Shown one piece after another: positions 9,020 to 18,783 of a DNA stretch of 53,139 bases. The stretch lies in contig JBJMMH010000212.1 in the NCBI GenBank assembly GCA_045804885.1, positions 1 through 53,139 of the forward strand, read 5' to 3'. Under the pieces are notes generated by a model. The model did not search any database. It had not been told where the DNA came from and was given only the letters and a program-made list of their open reading frames with translations. Every line of letters begins with the position of its first letter. Within the stretch, counting starts at the first letter, position 1. Source of the DNA: Chloroflexota bacterium. Its GTDB lineage: Bacteria > Chloroflexota > Limnocylindria > Limnocylindrales > CSP1-4. The position numbers and the translations under genes are program-made.

Positions 9020-10468
9020 TCAGGCCCCGGCCTGGAACGCCGAGCTCGCGACCATCAGGCTCAGGAGAGCCACGTTGGCCTTGAACAGGGGATCCCCGCC
9101 CGCCCCGTCCGTCCACATCGAGACCGTCCCCGCCGAGCCGACGTTGATGATGAAGACGTAGCGAGCCGTCCCGGCCGCGACGCCGGCGGCGTCGGCTGCC
9201 GAGGTCTCCGCGATGACCGTCGCCTCGAGGTTGTCGAGGGTCGCCGGCGTCTGCGCCTGGACCACCCACGCGGCAGGATCGGTCGCTGCGGTTACGGCGT
9301 CACCGTAGGCCGTCTCGGTCGAGGATGCGCGGATCGCCGTACTGAGCGTCGCCGGGTCGGCCGGGACCGTGATCGGGTTGGGGTCGAAGTACTGGCACAC
9401 GAGGTTCGCCGGGTCCGTCACGGTGTGCCAGCTGCCCGGGTAGGTGATTCGCGCGACGGTGGCCGCCGTGGGCGCCTTGAGCTCGCAGATCGCGGCCGTG
9501 GGCGGGATCGACGCGGGTTGGCTGGGCGGCGGGACGGACGGGGTCGCCGGCGGCGCCGTCGGCCGGGCCGTCGGCGGCGGAGTGGCGGCGGCTGTCGGCG
9601 TCGGGGCCGTCGTCGGCCCGGCGGTCGGGGCCTCCGACGCGGGCTCCGAAGCCGGCGGCGCCGAGGGCCGTTCGCCGGGGGACGCCGACGGGATGGTCTC
9701 CGGCGTCGGTCGGAGGAGGGCGACCTTCAGCGAGCCGCGGAGGTCAGTCAGATTGACCTGGTCGTTCCGCGTCTCGATCAGCGCGGCACCCTCGAGCGCC
9801 TTGAGGAACGCTGTCTCCTGGGCCATGACGTCCTCGGGGCACGCCAGACGCGTGGTCGCGAGCCGACCGATGCGGACGACGTTGCCGTTCGTGCCGTAGA
9901 CCCCGCTGAACGAGTTGCAGCCCGAGAACCCGCCGACCGATCCGATCCCGAACGTGACGTCCATCTCCGTCCCCGGCAGCGGCGCCGACTGGGTGCTAGG
10001 CACGCTCTCGTAGCCGCCGACCTGCCACTTGCCGAGGACCGGGTTGCGCGGGGCCGCATCGAATACGAGGACCGTCGAGCCGACGGCGCTGAACACCGTC
10101 ATCGTGTCGCGCCGGACGCTGTAGAACCGGCTGCTGTCGAGCAGCTCGAGGTAGCGCTGCTCGAACGTCATCGCCTCTTCCGGGCAGGCCATCTTCGTCG
10201 AGGCCGGCTGGCTGACGAAGAGCGTCCGGCCACCGGACCGATACCGGCCATCGTAGGTATTGCACCCGCTGAAGCCGCTGATCCGGTTCGCACCGAACTC
10301 GGCATCCGCGTACTGCGTATCCGGAACGATCGTGAGTGTCCCGGCCTGGTCGTACGACCGCAGGATCCATTTCGTGGACTGCAGCTCGCCACCCGTGCCC
10401 GGCCCGGCCGAACACGCGGCGAGGAGCGCGACGAGGACGACGAGCGCGCCGATCGAGCGCTTCGGCAT
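9020..10468 (-). CDS. Secreted lipoprotein with two META (HslJ-like) domains, a P/T/A-rich linker and a C-terminal domain of unknown function
   Basis: Signal peptide with lipobox LLAAC. The repeated META-like cores are FSGCNTYDGRY...MACPE and FSGCNSFSGVY...LACPE. A long PT-rich linker is followed by about 150 aa that I cannot assign. Confidence 0.8.
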   Translation of the reverse strand: MPKRSIGALVVLVALLAACSAGPGTGGELQSTKWILRSYDQAGTLTIVPDTQYADAEFGANRISGFSGCNTYDGRYRSGGRTLFVSQPASTKMACPEEAMTFEQRYLELLDSSRFYSVRRDTMTVFSAVGSTVLVFDAAPRNPVLGKWQVGGYESVPSTQSAPLPGTEMDVTFGIGSVGGFSGCNSFSGVYGTNGNVVRIGRLATTRLACPEDVMAQETAFLKALEGAALIETRNDQVNLTDLRGSLKVALLRPTPETIPSASPGERPSAPPASEPASEAPTAGPTTAPTPTAAATPPPTARPTAPPATPSVPPPSQPASIPPTAAICELKAPTAATVARITYPGSWHTVTDPANLVCQYFDPNPITVPADPATLSTAIRASSTETAYGDAVTAATDPAAWVVQAQTPATLDNLEATVIAETSAADAAGVAAGTARYVFIINVGSAGTVSMWTDGAGGDPLFKANVALLSLMVASSAFQAGA

Positions 10469-10492
10469 CGGCCTGCCTCCGGTTGCGACGCG

Positions 10493-10756
10493 CTACTGGA
10501 TCCGGCTCGCCACGTAGAGCGCGAACAGGCGCAGGAAGTAGCCGACGCCGCCGACGAGGAACGCAGCGAAGACCGGCAGCGCGATCGCGTTCGCCGAGAT
10601 GGCGAAGGCCTCGAAGAGGTTGAAGGCCTCGCGTGACGCGAGGTCGATCCACCAGATCACGCCGGCGATCAGGGTGTAGATGATCCCGACCCAGCCGACG
10701 ACGATGAAGAACGTCCCGACCGTGGCGAGTCGCCTTGCGTCGCTGATGATGTCCAT
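10493..10756 (-). CDS. Small integral membrane protein (hypothetical)
   Basis: 87-aa ORF with 2-3 hydrophobic helices and GAGGAGGG upstream of the ATG. It sits 24 nt upstream of the lipoprotein gene on the same strand. Confidence 0.6.
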   Translation of the reverse strand: MDIISDARRLATVGTFFIVVGWVGIIYTLIAGVIWWIDLASREAFNLFEAFAISANAIALPVFAAFLVGGVGYFLRLFALYVASRIQ

Positions 10757-10920
10757 GCCGCCTCAAACCCTCCTCGCGCCTGCCCACGAAACCCTCGGGA
10801 TGATCGCCCGGTCGGCGACCAACGGAAATGCGGTGGCCACGGCGGACCGAGGGGTGCCCGCGCCACCGCGGGGTCATTCCGACTCGCGCCATGACCGGCG
10901 GTGGCCGATGATGGCGCCGA

Positions 10921-12522
10921 GTGACCACGCGATCGATGCCACCCTTTGTACACGAGCTGGTCGACGACCCCGGTCGGCGGCGGGCTCTCGGTGTCGCCGT
11001 GCTCTCGATGGCAGCGGCCGGGCTCAATCCCCAGGTCCTGTCGCCATCGCTCCAGTCCGTTCAGTCGGCGATTCGTGAGCAGCCTCAGCTCAATTCGCTC
11101 GTCCTGCTAGTCACCCTGACGGGGGCCGGCCTGCTCTTCGTCGGCGGCGTCCTGGGCGACACGGATGGTCGACGGCGAATCCTGCTTGGCGCGCTCGCGG
11201 CGCTCTGCGTGACGAGCCTCGCCGGCCTGCTCATCGCGGATGGCCCGGTGTTCATGGTCTCTCGTGTCGCGGGCTCGGCGGCTGCGTATGCCGTGCTGCC
11301 GTTCTCGCTGGCGCTGGTGGCCACGACGTACCAGGGCGTCGCTCGGGCGACCGCGATCGGCGTCGCCTACGCGGCCTACGGCGGGGCGACGGCCGCGGCA
11401 CCCGTGCTGCTCACCATCCTGGGACCGAGCGGCCCGTGGTGGCCGGCATTCGTCGTCGCGTTGCTCGTGGCCGCGATCGCGCTGTGGTGGACGTGGCCCC
11501 GCGCCCCGGATCTCCCTGCCATCGCCCGCGACGATCGGGGATACGTCATCTCGACCGCCGTCTGGGCGTTCGCGATCGTGGTAATCACGGCCGGGCTCGC
11601 GGACATCGGCAACCGCGTGGCGAGCCCGATCCGGCTCGGTCTCATCGGCCTCGGCGTCGTCCTGCTCGCGGCGTACCTCGTCTGGGACCGCCGGCGCGGA
11701 AGCGCGGGCCCCCCGCCGCGCCACGTCGTCCGCCGGCCGGTGACCGTCGCGGTGGCGGTCGGCGTAATCATCGGCTTCGCCCAGGCGGCGCCTCTGTTCC
11801 AGCTGCCGTTGTTCTTCCACGTCGTGCTGGGCTACGGCGTCGTCGTCGCGACGATCGCGACCGCGCCATTCATCCTCGCGCTCGTCCTCGCCGGGCCCGT
11901 CGCCGGCGCCCTGCTGACCCGATTCCGGCCGCGAACGCTCGTCGCGGCCGGTCTTGCCGCAGTCGGAGTCGGCAACGTCCTCGCCGGGGCGCTCCTCGCC
12001 CGGGACGTCGCGTACGCGGCCCTCGTCCTCCCGTTGTTCCTGATTGGCGGCGGGTTCGTCGTGGCGACGACGGTTCGGACGGCGATCATCTTCGCCAGCG
12101 TCTCGCGGGGCCTGCCGGCCACGGCCGCGGCCCTCAACGAGGCGTCGATCCTCGTCGGCAGCCGCCTCGGGCTTGCCGCCTTGACCGCGCTTATCACCCA
12201 GCGAGCGCTGGACGTGTACACCGCGTCGCTGGGCGCAACAGATCCCGGCCAGCACGCGAGCGCCGTCGAAGCGTTCCGGTCGGTCCTCATCGCGGTGGGG
12301 ACGCCCGCGATCAACCAGGTCCTCGCGGTCCTCGATCCAACCGACCTCGCCGCGTACGGCAGCGCGTTCATCGAGGCATCACGTGAAGGGCTGCTCGTCA
12401 CGGGCGTCGTTGCCCTCGTGGCCGCCCCGCTTGCCTGGCTCGCCCTCGGTCGGCACGATCCGCTCACGACGGTCTGGGACCACGCCGAGGAGCGGTCGGA
12501 AGGGGCGACATCGCCGGCCTGA
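10921..12522 (+). CDS. MFS transporter (DHA2-like, about 14 TM)
   Basis: 533-aa highly hydrophobic ORF with a GTG start (alternative ATG at 10936). The many TM segments are typical of drug/H+ antiporter-type MFS proteins. Confidence 0.8.
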   Translation: MTTRSMPPFVHELVDDPGRRRALGVAVLSMAAAGLNPQVLSPSLQSVQSAIREQPQLNSLVLLVTLTGAGLLFVGGVLGDTDGRRRILLGALAALCVTSLAGLLIADGPVFMVSRVAGSAAAYAVLPFSLALVATTYQGVARATAIGVAYAAYGGATAAAPVLLTILGPSGPWWPAFVVALLVAAIALWWTWPRAPDLPAIARDDRGYVISTAVWAFAIVVITAGLADIGNRVASPIRLGLIGLGVVLLAAYLVWDRRRGSAGPPPRHVVRRPVTVAVAVGVIIGFAQAAPLFQLPLFFHVVLGYGVVVATIATAPFILALVLAGPVAGALLTRFRPRTLVAAGLAAVGVGNVLAGALLARDVAYAALVLPLFLIGGGFVVATTVRTAIIFASVSRGLPATAAALNEASILVGSRLGLAALTALITQRALDVYTASLGATDPGQHASAVEAFRSVLIAVGTPAINQVLAVLDPTDLAAYGSAFIEASREGLLVTGVVALVAAPLAWLALGRHDPLTTVWDHAEERSEGATSPA

Positions 12523-12567
12523 ACGGGGGCGCCGCGAAATGTGAGCCGTGTCGCCTGCTCGCGGCCC

Positions 12568-13503
12568 CTAGGCTCGGGTGACGCCGATCCGCCCTGCGAG
12601 GTCCCGGGCGACCGCCGGGTCGAACTCGCCCTGGCCGGGAACGAGCGCGTTGGCGGCCGCGGCACCCGCCCCGAGCCGGAGGGCGCCGACGAGGTCCTCC
12701 CCCTCGAGCAGCCCTGTCGCGAGCCCGGCGAGGAAGGCGTCGCCGCTGCCGACGGGATACGGACCCTCCGCCGCCGGCGGGCCGACGAGCCAGGCATCGC
12801 CGGCCGCCGCAGCTACGGCGCCCGCAGTGCCCCGCGTCACGATCGCGGCACCGGCTCCCCTGGCGACCAACTCGGCGGCGGCGTCGCGGGCAGCGTCGAC
12901 GCCGCTGACGTGACGTTCCAAGAGGTCACCGGCCTCGGCCTCGTTCACCTTGACGAGCCACGGCCCTTCGCCAAGGGCCCGCGCGAGGGCCACCCCGTAG
13001 ACGTCGAGGAGGATCCGCGCGCCGGCCTCCGCCGCGACCCCGCAGATCCTGGCGAACGCGCCGTCGTCGACGCCCGGCGGCACCCCGCCCGAGACCGTGA
13101 CGAGCGCGGCGGCCGTCGACTCGACTCGCACGAGCGACTCGAGATCGCGCCAGGCATCCGCGGGCACGGCCTCGCCGCGGTCGTACACCTCTGTCAAGCC
13201 GGGCGTCGCCGGATCCCGGACGGACACGCAGGTCCGCGTCTCGCCGGAGGTCCACACAGCCCGGACCGTCACACCGGCTGACGCGAGCGCCTCGTCAACC
13301 CAGCGCCCGGCATGGCCGCGCAGGATCGTCACCGCGACGACGTCGGCCCCCAGGTGATGAGCGGCACGCGCGACGTTCAGGCCCTTGCCGCCGGGGACGG
13401 CCGTCGCCCGGACCGGTCGGTGGATCGCGCCCGGAGTCAACCGGTCGACCTCATAGATTCGATCGATGGCTGGATTCGGCGCGACGCAGACGAGGGCCGT
13501 CAT
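12568..13503 (-). CDS. PfkB-family kinase of the 1-phosphofructokinase/tagatose-6-phosphate kinase (FruK/LacC) subtype
   Basis: 311 aa starting from [15 protein letters not shown]. Contains VPGGKGLNVARA and PVGSGDAFLAG. The ATG at 13503 overlaps the upstream gene stop (ATGA). The rest of the 753-aa ORF is Arg-rich read-through. Confidence 0.85.
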   Translation of the reverse strand: MTALVCVAPNPAIDRIYEVDRLTPGAIHRPVRATAVPGGKGLNVARAAHHLGADVVAVTILRGHAGRWVDEALASAGVTVRAVWTSGETRTCVSVRDPATPGLTEVYDRGEAVPADAWRDLESLVRVESTAAALVTVSGGVPPGVDDGAFARICGVAAEAGARILLDVYGVALARALGEGPWLVKVNEAEAGDLLERHVSGVDAARDAAAELVARGAGAAIVTRGTAGAVAAAAGDAWLVGPPAAEGPYPVGSGDAFLAGLATGLLEGEDLVGALRLGAGAAAANALVPGQGEFDPAVARDLAGRIGVTRA

Positions 13504-14486
13504 TCCGCGCCCGGCGCCAGCAGCGCTGCGAGCGCGGCGGCCTCGTCGCGCGTCGGCTGACCGGCGGTCCCGCCGACGCCGCGCAACGACAGCGAGCCGC
13601 AGGCAACGGCAAGCTTCAAGGCGTCGACCGGCGAATCGCCCGCGAGGTAGGCCGCGAGGAACCCGGCATCGAACGCGTCGCCAGCGCCGATGGTGTCGAC
13701 GACCTCGACCTCGGGGGCAGCGACCGGGACCGCGCCGCCGCCGGCATCGCGCCCCACGACGATCCCGCCCGCCTCGCCGAGCTTGACCGCGACGATCCTG
13801 GGACCGTCGGGGCCACCTCGCGCCATCAACGCCCGCGCCGCGCTGACGTCGTCGGCCTCGCCCGTGAGGTGTCGAGCCTCCGCGCCGTTCGGCAGGACGA
13901 CGTCGGTCTCCGCGAGGATCGAGTCGATCCCGCCGTCCCACTGGCCCGTCGGGTCCCAGTTCGGATCGAAGGACGTCGAGACGCCGGCCGCCCGCGCCAC
14001 ACGGAATCGCTCCGGCAAGCCTCGGCGGAGCTCCTCCTGGAGAAAAAGGCTGCCGACGTGTAGGTGGCGTGCCGAACCGATCATCCGGTCCGTGAGGTCC
14101 TCCGGGCGCAACGCGCCGATCGCCCCGAGCGCCGTCAGGATGGCCCGATCCCCGCCCCTCGCGAGGATGACCGACGCGCCCGTCGGCGTCGTCTCGTCGA
14201 CACGACACGCCGACACGTCGACCCCGCGCTCGTCGAGCGCCGCCAGCATCCAGCGACCCAGTGCATCTGCGCCGACGATACCGACGAAGGCGACGCGCAA
14301 GCCCAGCCGGGCGGCCGCGGATGCGGTGATGGCCGACGAGCTGCCGATCGTCAGCTGCACGTCGCCGACGACCTTCTCGACCTGGCCGAACGCCGGCTCG
14401 ACGTCGCCGCCGCTGACGACGACGTCCGGATTCAGCTCGCCCGCGACCAGGAGGTCGAACGAGCGGTCGCGATCGGCCCCGGTCAC
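13500..14486 (-). CDS. PfkB-family carbohydrate kinase (ribokinase/fructokinase-like subtype)
   Basis: 328 aa from GTG 14486, which overlaps the aldolase stop (GTGA). Carries the [14 protein letters not shown] PfkB signature 2. Confidence 0.8.
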   Translation of the reverse strand: MTGADRDRSFDLLVAGELNPDVVVSGGDVEPAFGQVEKVVGDVQLTIGSSSAITASAAARLGLRVAFVGIVGADALGRWMLAALDERGVDVSACRVDETTPTGASVILARGGDRAILTALGAIGALRPEDLTDRMIGSARHLHVGSLFLQEELRRGLPERFRVARAAGVSTSFDPNWDPTGQWDGGIDSILAETDVVLPNGAEARHLTGEADDVSAARALMARGGPDGPRIVAVKLGEAGGIVVGRDAGGGAVPVAAPEVEVVDTIGAGDAFDAGFLAAYLAGDSPVDALKLAVACGSLSLRGVGGTAGQPTRDEAAALAALLAPGAE

Positions 14487-15475
14487 CGGTCGGGGTAGTC
14501 GAGATACCAGGACGGCTCGACGCGACCCGCCCGGAGCGCCGGCGGGGCGCGATCCAGCCACGGCTGCCCGAGTCGCTCGACGACGTCGACGAGCCGCTGT
14601 AGGCGGGCGGCGCCGTCGCCCTGGAGGAACGCGCCACGCTCCGGCGCCTCCATTCGCGCGGCGTCTGCCCAGACCGATCGGCCGACGAGTACGCCGCTCG
14701 CGCCGGCATCGCAGGCGACCGCGACCTGGCGCTCGAACGTGGCGTCGTCGACGCCGCCGGACAGCAGCACCCACGGGACCATCGACGCCTCGTCGAGCTC
14801 GAGGCACCCCTCGCGCCAACGGCGTTCATCGGTGACGCCGGCGTCGTATGGGAACTCCGACTTCAGGACGTCTCCACCGAGGGCGGTGAGGCGCCGGGCC
14901 GTCTCGACGACGGCCCGCCGACGGTCGTCGCCGGAGAGGACCGACCGATCGGGGTCGGGTGAGTAGGTGAGCGGCTCGAGGAACAGTGGCAGGTCGGTCG
15001 CCCGGCAGTCTGCCGCGACGCCCGCAACGAACGCCTCTTGGTCGGCGGCGGTTTCGGCGTCCGGGTGGTAGTAGACGAGCAGCTTCGCGGCCGACGCGCC
15101 CATCCGCTTGGCCTTGGCGACGCTCCAGCCCGGAAGCACCCGGCTCCGCCGGGCGGTCGGCAGCCCCTCGTAGCCGGTCGCCTCGATCGCGACGAGGAGG
15201 CCGGTCCCGCCGGGGATCGATCCGTCCGCGACGCACTGCGCGGCGCCGACCTCGGGGTCGAGGAGGACGCCGCTGACGAACGGCGCCAGCGCCCGGACGA
15301 CATCCCGCTTTAGCGCCGTCATCGTCTCGGTCGTGACCGAGTCGGGGTCATCGGGATCGATCTCGCGCCGGAGGTTCTGGCGGTGATCGAGGGCCAGCAC
15401 GTTGAAGACGCCACGGGCCGAGGCGCACGCGTCGAGGCCGCGCCGGACGCCGGTCGGATATGGGGCTACGACCAT
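14483..15475 (-). CDS. Class I aldolase of the tagatose-1,6-bisphosphate aldolase LacD / YihT family
   Basis: 330-aa [16 protein letters not shown] and [12 protein letters not shown] (candidate Schiff-base lysine segment) resemble LacD-type aldolases. Confidence 0.8.
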   Translation of the reverse strand: MVVAPYPTGVRRGLDACASARGVFNVLALDHRQNLRREIDPDDPDSVTTETMTALKRDVVRALAPFVSGVLLDPEVGAAQCVADGSIPGGTGLLVAIEATGYEGLPTARRSRVLPGWSVAKAKRMGASAAKLLVYYHPDAETAADQEAFVAGVAADCRATDLPLFLEPLTYSPDPDRSVLSGDDRRRAVVETARRLTALGGDVLKSEFPYDAGVTDERRWREGCLELDEASMVPWVLLSGGVDDATFERQVAVACDAGASGVLVGRSVWADAARMEAPERGAFLQGDGAARLQRLVDVVERLGQPWLDRAPPALRAGRVEPSWYLDYPDR

Positions 15476-15511
15476 GGCCGCAATCTACGCCGCCACCGCG
15501 CGGAAAACAAC

Positions 15512-15590
15512 GCGAAAAGCGCAGACACGGCCTCGCTGCTGCGCATTTCGCGCAACTTTGCTTGACACTGCGCGCAGGTCGCAGGAGCAT
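15512..15590 (+). promoter_or_regulatory. Divergent control region: candidate DeoR operators and a leaderless deoR-side promoter
   Basis: Inverted repeat GCGAAAAGCGCAG (15512..15524) / CTGCGCATTTCGC (15539..15551), matching at 12 of 13 positions. Perfect palindrome CTGCGCGCAG at 15568..15577. TTGACA (15562..15567), 17 nt, then GAGCAT (15585..15590), ending 6 nt before the ATG at 15597. Confidence 0.35.
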
Positions 15591-15596
15591 CCCGGC

Positions 15597-16361
15597 ATGC
15601 GGCCCGCCCAGCGCGACCTCCGCCTCATGTCCCTGCTGCGCGTGCGCGGCCACGCTAGCGTCGAGGACCTCGCGATCGCCGTCGGCGTGACGACGTCGAC
15701 GATCCGACGCGACCTGCACCGGCTGTCGGACGACGGTCGAGTCTTCCGGACCTATGGCGGAGCGACGGTCGGCGGGCCCTCGCGGATGGCGGACATCATC
15801 GATCCCGCCGCCCCGGCCAAGGAACGAATCGCCGCGGAAGCGGCCGACCTCGTCCGCGACGGCCAGACGATCGCAATCGCCAGCGGCACGACGACGCTCG
15901 CCTTCGCCCGGCAGCTCGCCGACCGCGAGGACCTGACGGTCATCACCAACGCGCTCGACGTCGCCTGGACGCTCGTGGATGAGCCAGGCATCGAGCTGAT
16001 CGTCCTTGGCGGGGCCGTCCGGCCACGGATGCACAGCATGCTCGGACATCTGACCGAGCTGGCGACCCGGGAGCTGCGGGCCGACATCCTGTTCATCGGC
16101 ATCGGCGCGATCAGCTTCGAGCACGGGCTGATGAACGATTCCGTGCCGGAGATCGTGTCGGATCGGGCGTTGCGCCGGATGGCCCCGCGCTGCGTCGTCC
16201 TTGCCGACGCCCGGAAGTTCGACCTCGTCGCACCGGCCTACGTGTTCGGCCTCGATGCCGTCGACACGATCGTCACGGATGGAGCGATCCGTCCCGAAAC
16301 GCTCGACGGCCTCCGTTCGCGCGGTGTCAAGGTCATCGTCGCCGGAGAGCCCGAGCGATGA
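15597..16361 (+). CDS. DeoR/GlpR family transcriptional regulator
   Basis: N-terminal HTH (SVEDLAIAVGVTTSTIRRDLHRL) plus a DeoR C-terminal sugar-phosphate sensor domain. ATG 15597 was chosen. The stop overlaps the next start (ATGA). Confidence 0.85.
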   Translation: MRPAQRDLRLMSLLRVRGHASVEDLAIAVGVTTSTIRRDLHRLSDDGRVFRTYGGATVGGPSRMADIIDPAAPAKERIAAEAADLVRDGQTIAIASGTTTLAFARQLADREDLTVITNALDVAWTLVDEPGIELIVLGGAVRPRMHSMLGHLTELATRELRADILFIGIGAISFEHGLMNDSVPEIVSDRALRRMAPRCVVLADARKFDLVAPAYVFGLDAVDTIVTDGAIRPETLDGLRSRGVKVIVAGEPER

Positions 16362-17446
16362 GGATCCAGAGCCTCATCGCCGGCGAGGTCGCCGCCGAGC
16401 CGGATGCCATCCGGGCGACTGTGCGTGAGTCGCGGGCGGACGCCCGGGCGGCGGCGGACGCGCTTCGCGACCGAGGCGTCCGGCGCGTGTTCGTGATTGG
16501 CAACGGCACGTCGTACCACTCGTCGCTCGCGGTGGCGCTCGTCCACCGTCGCCACGCCCGGCCCGACGACCCCCCAGTCTTGGCCCTCACGGCCGGGGAA
16601 TTCCGCCACTACGCGCCGGCCGTCGACGGCCGCGATGCGATCATCGGGATCTCGGCGTCCGGCGAGTTCCGCGACGTCGTGTCGATCGCGGAGGCATATC
16701 GAGACCGTCTGCCGGTTGTCGCCGTCGTCCACGTGCCCGGGTCCTCGCTGACGCGGCTGACCGATCACGTCGTTGTCTCCGCGGGCGGTCCGAGCGCCGT
16801 CCCGGTGATGACGAAGACCTTCGCGGCGACGCTCACCGCGGCGCTGCTGATCGTCGCGGAACTGTTCGACGACGACCGGGGCGAGATGCTCGTCGATGAT
16901 CTTCTCGTCGCGGCGGATGCCGGTGACGCGGCGATCCGGGCCGCTGAGGGCGTCGTTCCGGGTCTCGCCGCGCGACTCGCCGACGCGCAGCACCTCTATG
17001 TCGTCGGGAGTGGCGGCGGTCACGTCGCGGCGCTGGAGGCCGCGCTGAAGCTGAAGGAGACTGCGCTCGTCCACGCCGAAGGCTCGGAATCGTGGGAGAC
17101 GGCGTCCGGTGCGGCGACGCTCATCGGGCCTGCGGCGACCGTGATCGCCCTCGCGCCGCCCGGCCCCGGCCGGGAGGCCGTCGTCGATGTCGCCCGCCAC
17201 TGCATCGATTGGGGCGCGCGCGTGATCGAAGTCGGTCCGGTCGGGGCTGTCGACGGGGCGGAACTTCTCGAGATCGCCCCGACCGCCAACGAGGACCTGG
17301 CATCGCTCGACACGACGCCGTCGGTGGCGCTGCTCGCGGACGCCCTGGCGCGGGCCCGCGGCCTGGACCCGGACCATCCGGCCTGGACAGAGCGCTACCG
17401 CAGCCAGGGCCTGACCCACGTGATCGGCTCGGCGGCCGTCGAATGA
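16358..17446 (+). CDS. Double-SIS-domain sugar-phosphate isomerase/deaminase (GlmS C-terminal / AgaS / FrlB-like)
   Basis: 362-aa ORF with IGNGTSYHS and ISASGEFRD motifs. It has no glutaminase domain. Confidence 0.8.
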   Translation: MRIQSLIAGEVAAEPDAIRATVRESRADARAAADALRDRGVRRVFVIGNGTSYHSSLAVALVHRRHARPDDPPVLALTAGEFRHYAPAVDGRDAIIGISASGEFRDVVSIAEAYRDRLPVVAVVHVPGSSLTRLTDHVVVSAGGPSAVPVMTKTFAATLTAALLIVAELFDDDRGEMLVDDLLVAADAGDAAIRAAEGVVPGLAARLADAQHLYVVGSGGGHVAALEAALKLKETALVHAEGSESWETASGAATLIGPAATVIALAPPGPGREAVVDVARHCIDWGARVIEVGPVGAVDGAELLEIAPTANEDLASLDTTPSVALLADALARARGLDPDHPAWTERYRSQGLTHVIGSAAVE

Positions 17447-18747
17447 CCCGCATCGTGCTGGTCGGCGCGGGCAGCGTCGAGTTCACCCGCAACCTGCTGG
17501 GCGACATCCTGGGCTACCCGGAGCTCAAGGACGCCACAATCGTCCTCCACGACATCGACGCCGACCGCCTCGCCACCGCCGAGGCCATGGCCCGCTGGAC
17601 GGCCGGCGCGCTTTCGGCGAACCCGAGCATCGAGACGCACCTCGAACGGCGCGCCGCGCTGGCCGGAGCCGACTTCGTGATCGACACGATCCAGGTGGGC
17701 GGAGCGCGGGCGACGCAGATCGACTTCGATGTGCCTCGCCGCTACGGCCTCGAGTACACGATCAACGACACGATCAACGTCGGCGGCGTGATGCGCGGGC
17801 TGCGGACGATCCCCGTCGTGCTCGGGATCGTCCGCGACATGGAGGCCGTCTGCCCCGACGCGTGGTTCCTCAACTACACGAACCCGATGTCGATGCTGAT
17901 CTGGGCTGTCACCGCCCGGAGCGGGGTTCGGACCGTCGGCCTGTGCCACTCGGTCTACTGGACGATCCGGGCGATCGCCGACTACGTCGGTATCCCGTTC
18001 GACGAGATCGACTACGCGACCGCGGGCATCAACCATCTCGCGTTCGTGCTGCGGCTCGAGCGCGACGGCGACGATCTCGTGCCCCGCCTACGGGACGCCG
18101 TCGACGCCGGCCGGATCCCCGACGACGACCTCGTCCGGGCGGAGCTGTTCCGGCGGCTCGGCTTCTACCCCACCGAGTCGTCGGAGCACCACGCCGAGTA
18201 CAACCCATGGTTCATCCCGAAGGGCCTCGTCGATCGCTACCACATCCCGATCGGCGAGTATCTCCGTCGCGTCTCCAACAACCTCGCCGAGTTCGAGGAC
18301 ACGAAGCGACGGCTCGCCACCGGGGAGCCGTTCGAGATCGAGCGGAGCGGTGAGTACGCGGCGGTCATCATCCACTCGGTCGTCACGGGCGAGCTGGCGC
18401 GGATCGTCGGCAACGTCCCGAACCGCGGCATGCTCATCCCGAACCTTGCAGCCGAGGCGTGCGTCGAGGTGCCATGCCTCGTCGATGGATTCGGCCCCCG
18501 ACCCGTCGCTGCCGGTCCGCTGCCGGCCCACCTCGCTGCCTACATCCATCCCGCCGTCGACGCCCAGGCGCTGACGGTCCAGGCAGCCCTTGAATGCGAC
18601 CGGGACGCGATCTACCACGCGGTGTTGCAGGACCCCCTCGTGCAGGCCCGGCTCTCGCTCGACGACGCGTGGCGGATGACGGACGAGCTCATCGCGCAGG
18701 AAGCCGAATGGCTGCCCGCCTGGCTGGGCGGCGCAGCGCCGGACTGA
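17443..18747 (+). CDS. melA: GH4 family NAD+/Mn2+-dependent alpha-galactosidase (MelA-like)
   Basis: 434 aa from the ATG overlapping the upstream stop (ATGA). Motifs: IVLVGAGSVEF, NYTNPM, GLCHSV, INHLAF, ESSEHHAEYNPWF. It is collinear with E. coli MelA as I recall it. Confidence 0.85.
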   Translation: MTRIVLVGAGSVEFTRNLLGDILGYPELKDATIVLHDIDADRLATAEAMARWTAGALSANPSIETHLERRAALAGADFVIDTIQVGGARATQIDFDVPRRYGLEYTINDTINVGGVMRGLRTIPVVLGIVRDMEAVCPDAWFLNYTNPMSMLIWAVTARSGVRTVGLCHSVYWTIRAIADYVGIPFDEIDYATAGINHLAFVLRLERDGDDLVPRLRDAVDAGRIPDDDLVRAELFRRLGFYPTESSEHHAEYNPWFIPKGLVDRYHIPIGEYLRRVSNNLAEFEDTKRRLATGEPFEIERSGEYAAVIIHSVVTGELARIVGNVPNRGMLIPNLAAEACVEVPCLVDGFGPRPVAAGPLPAHLAAYIHPAVDAQALTVQAALECDRDAIYHAVLQDPLVQARLSLDDAWRMTDELIAQEAEWLPAWLGGAAPD

Positions 18748-18783
18748 CGGATCAGGACAGGACCCACGAGAGGAGAAGCGCTC

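Noticed and set aside
9480-9720. GC-rich quasi-repetitive DNA (GGCGGC/GTCGGC units) considered as a tandem repeat or CRISPR-like array.
   Set aside because: On the minus strand it encodes the Pro/Thr/Ala-rich linker of the lipoprotein. There is no regular repeat-spacer periodicity.
12523-12567. Possible terminator hairpin between the convergent MFS and kinase genes (GGGGCgcCGCGA…TCGCGGCCCC).
   Set aside because: The stem needs a 2-nt bulge and a loop of about 21 nt, so it is not convincing without folding-energy calculation.
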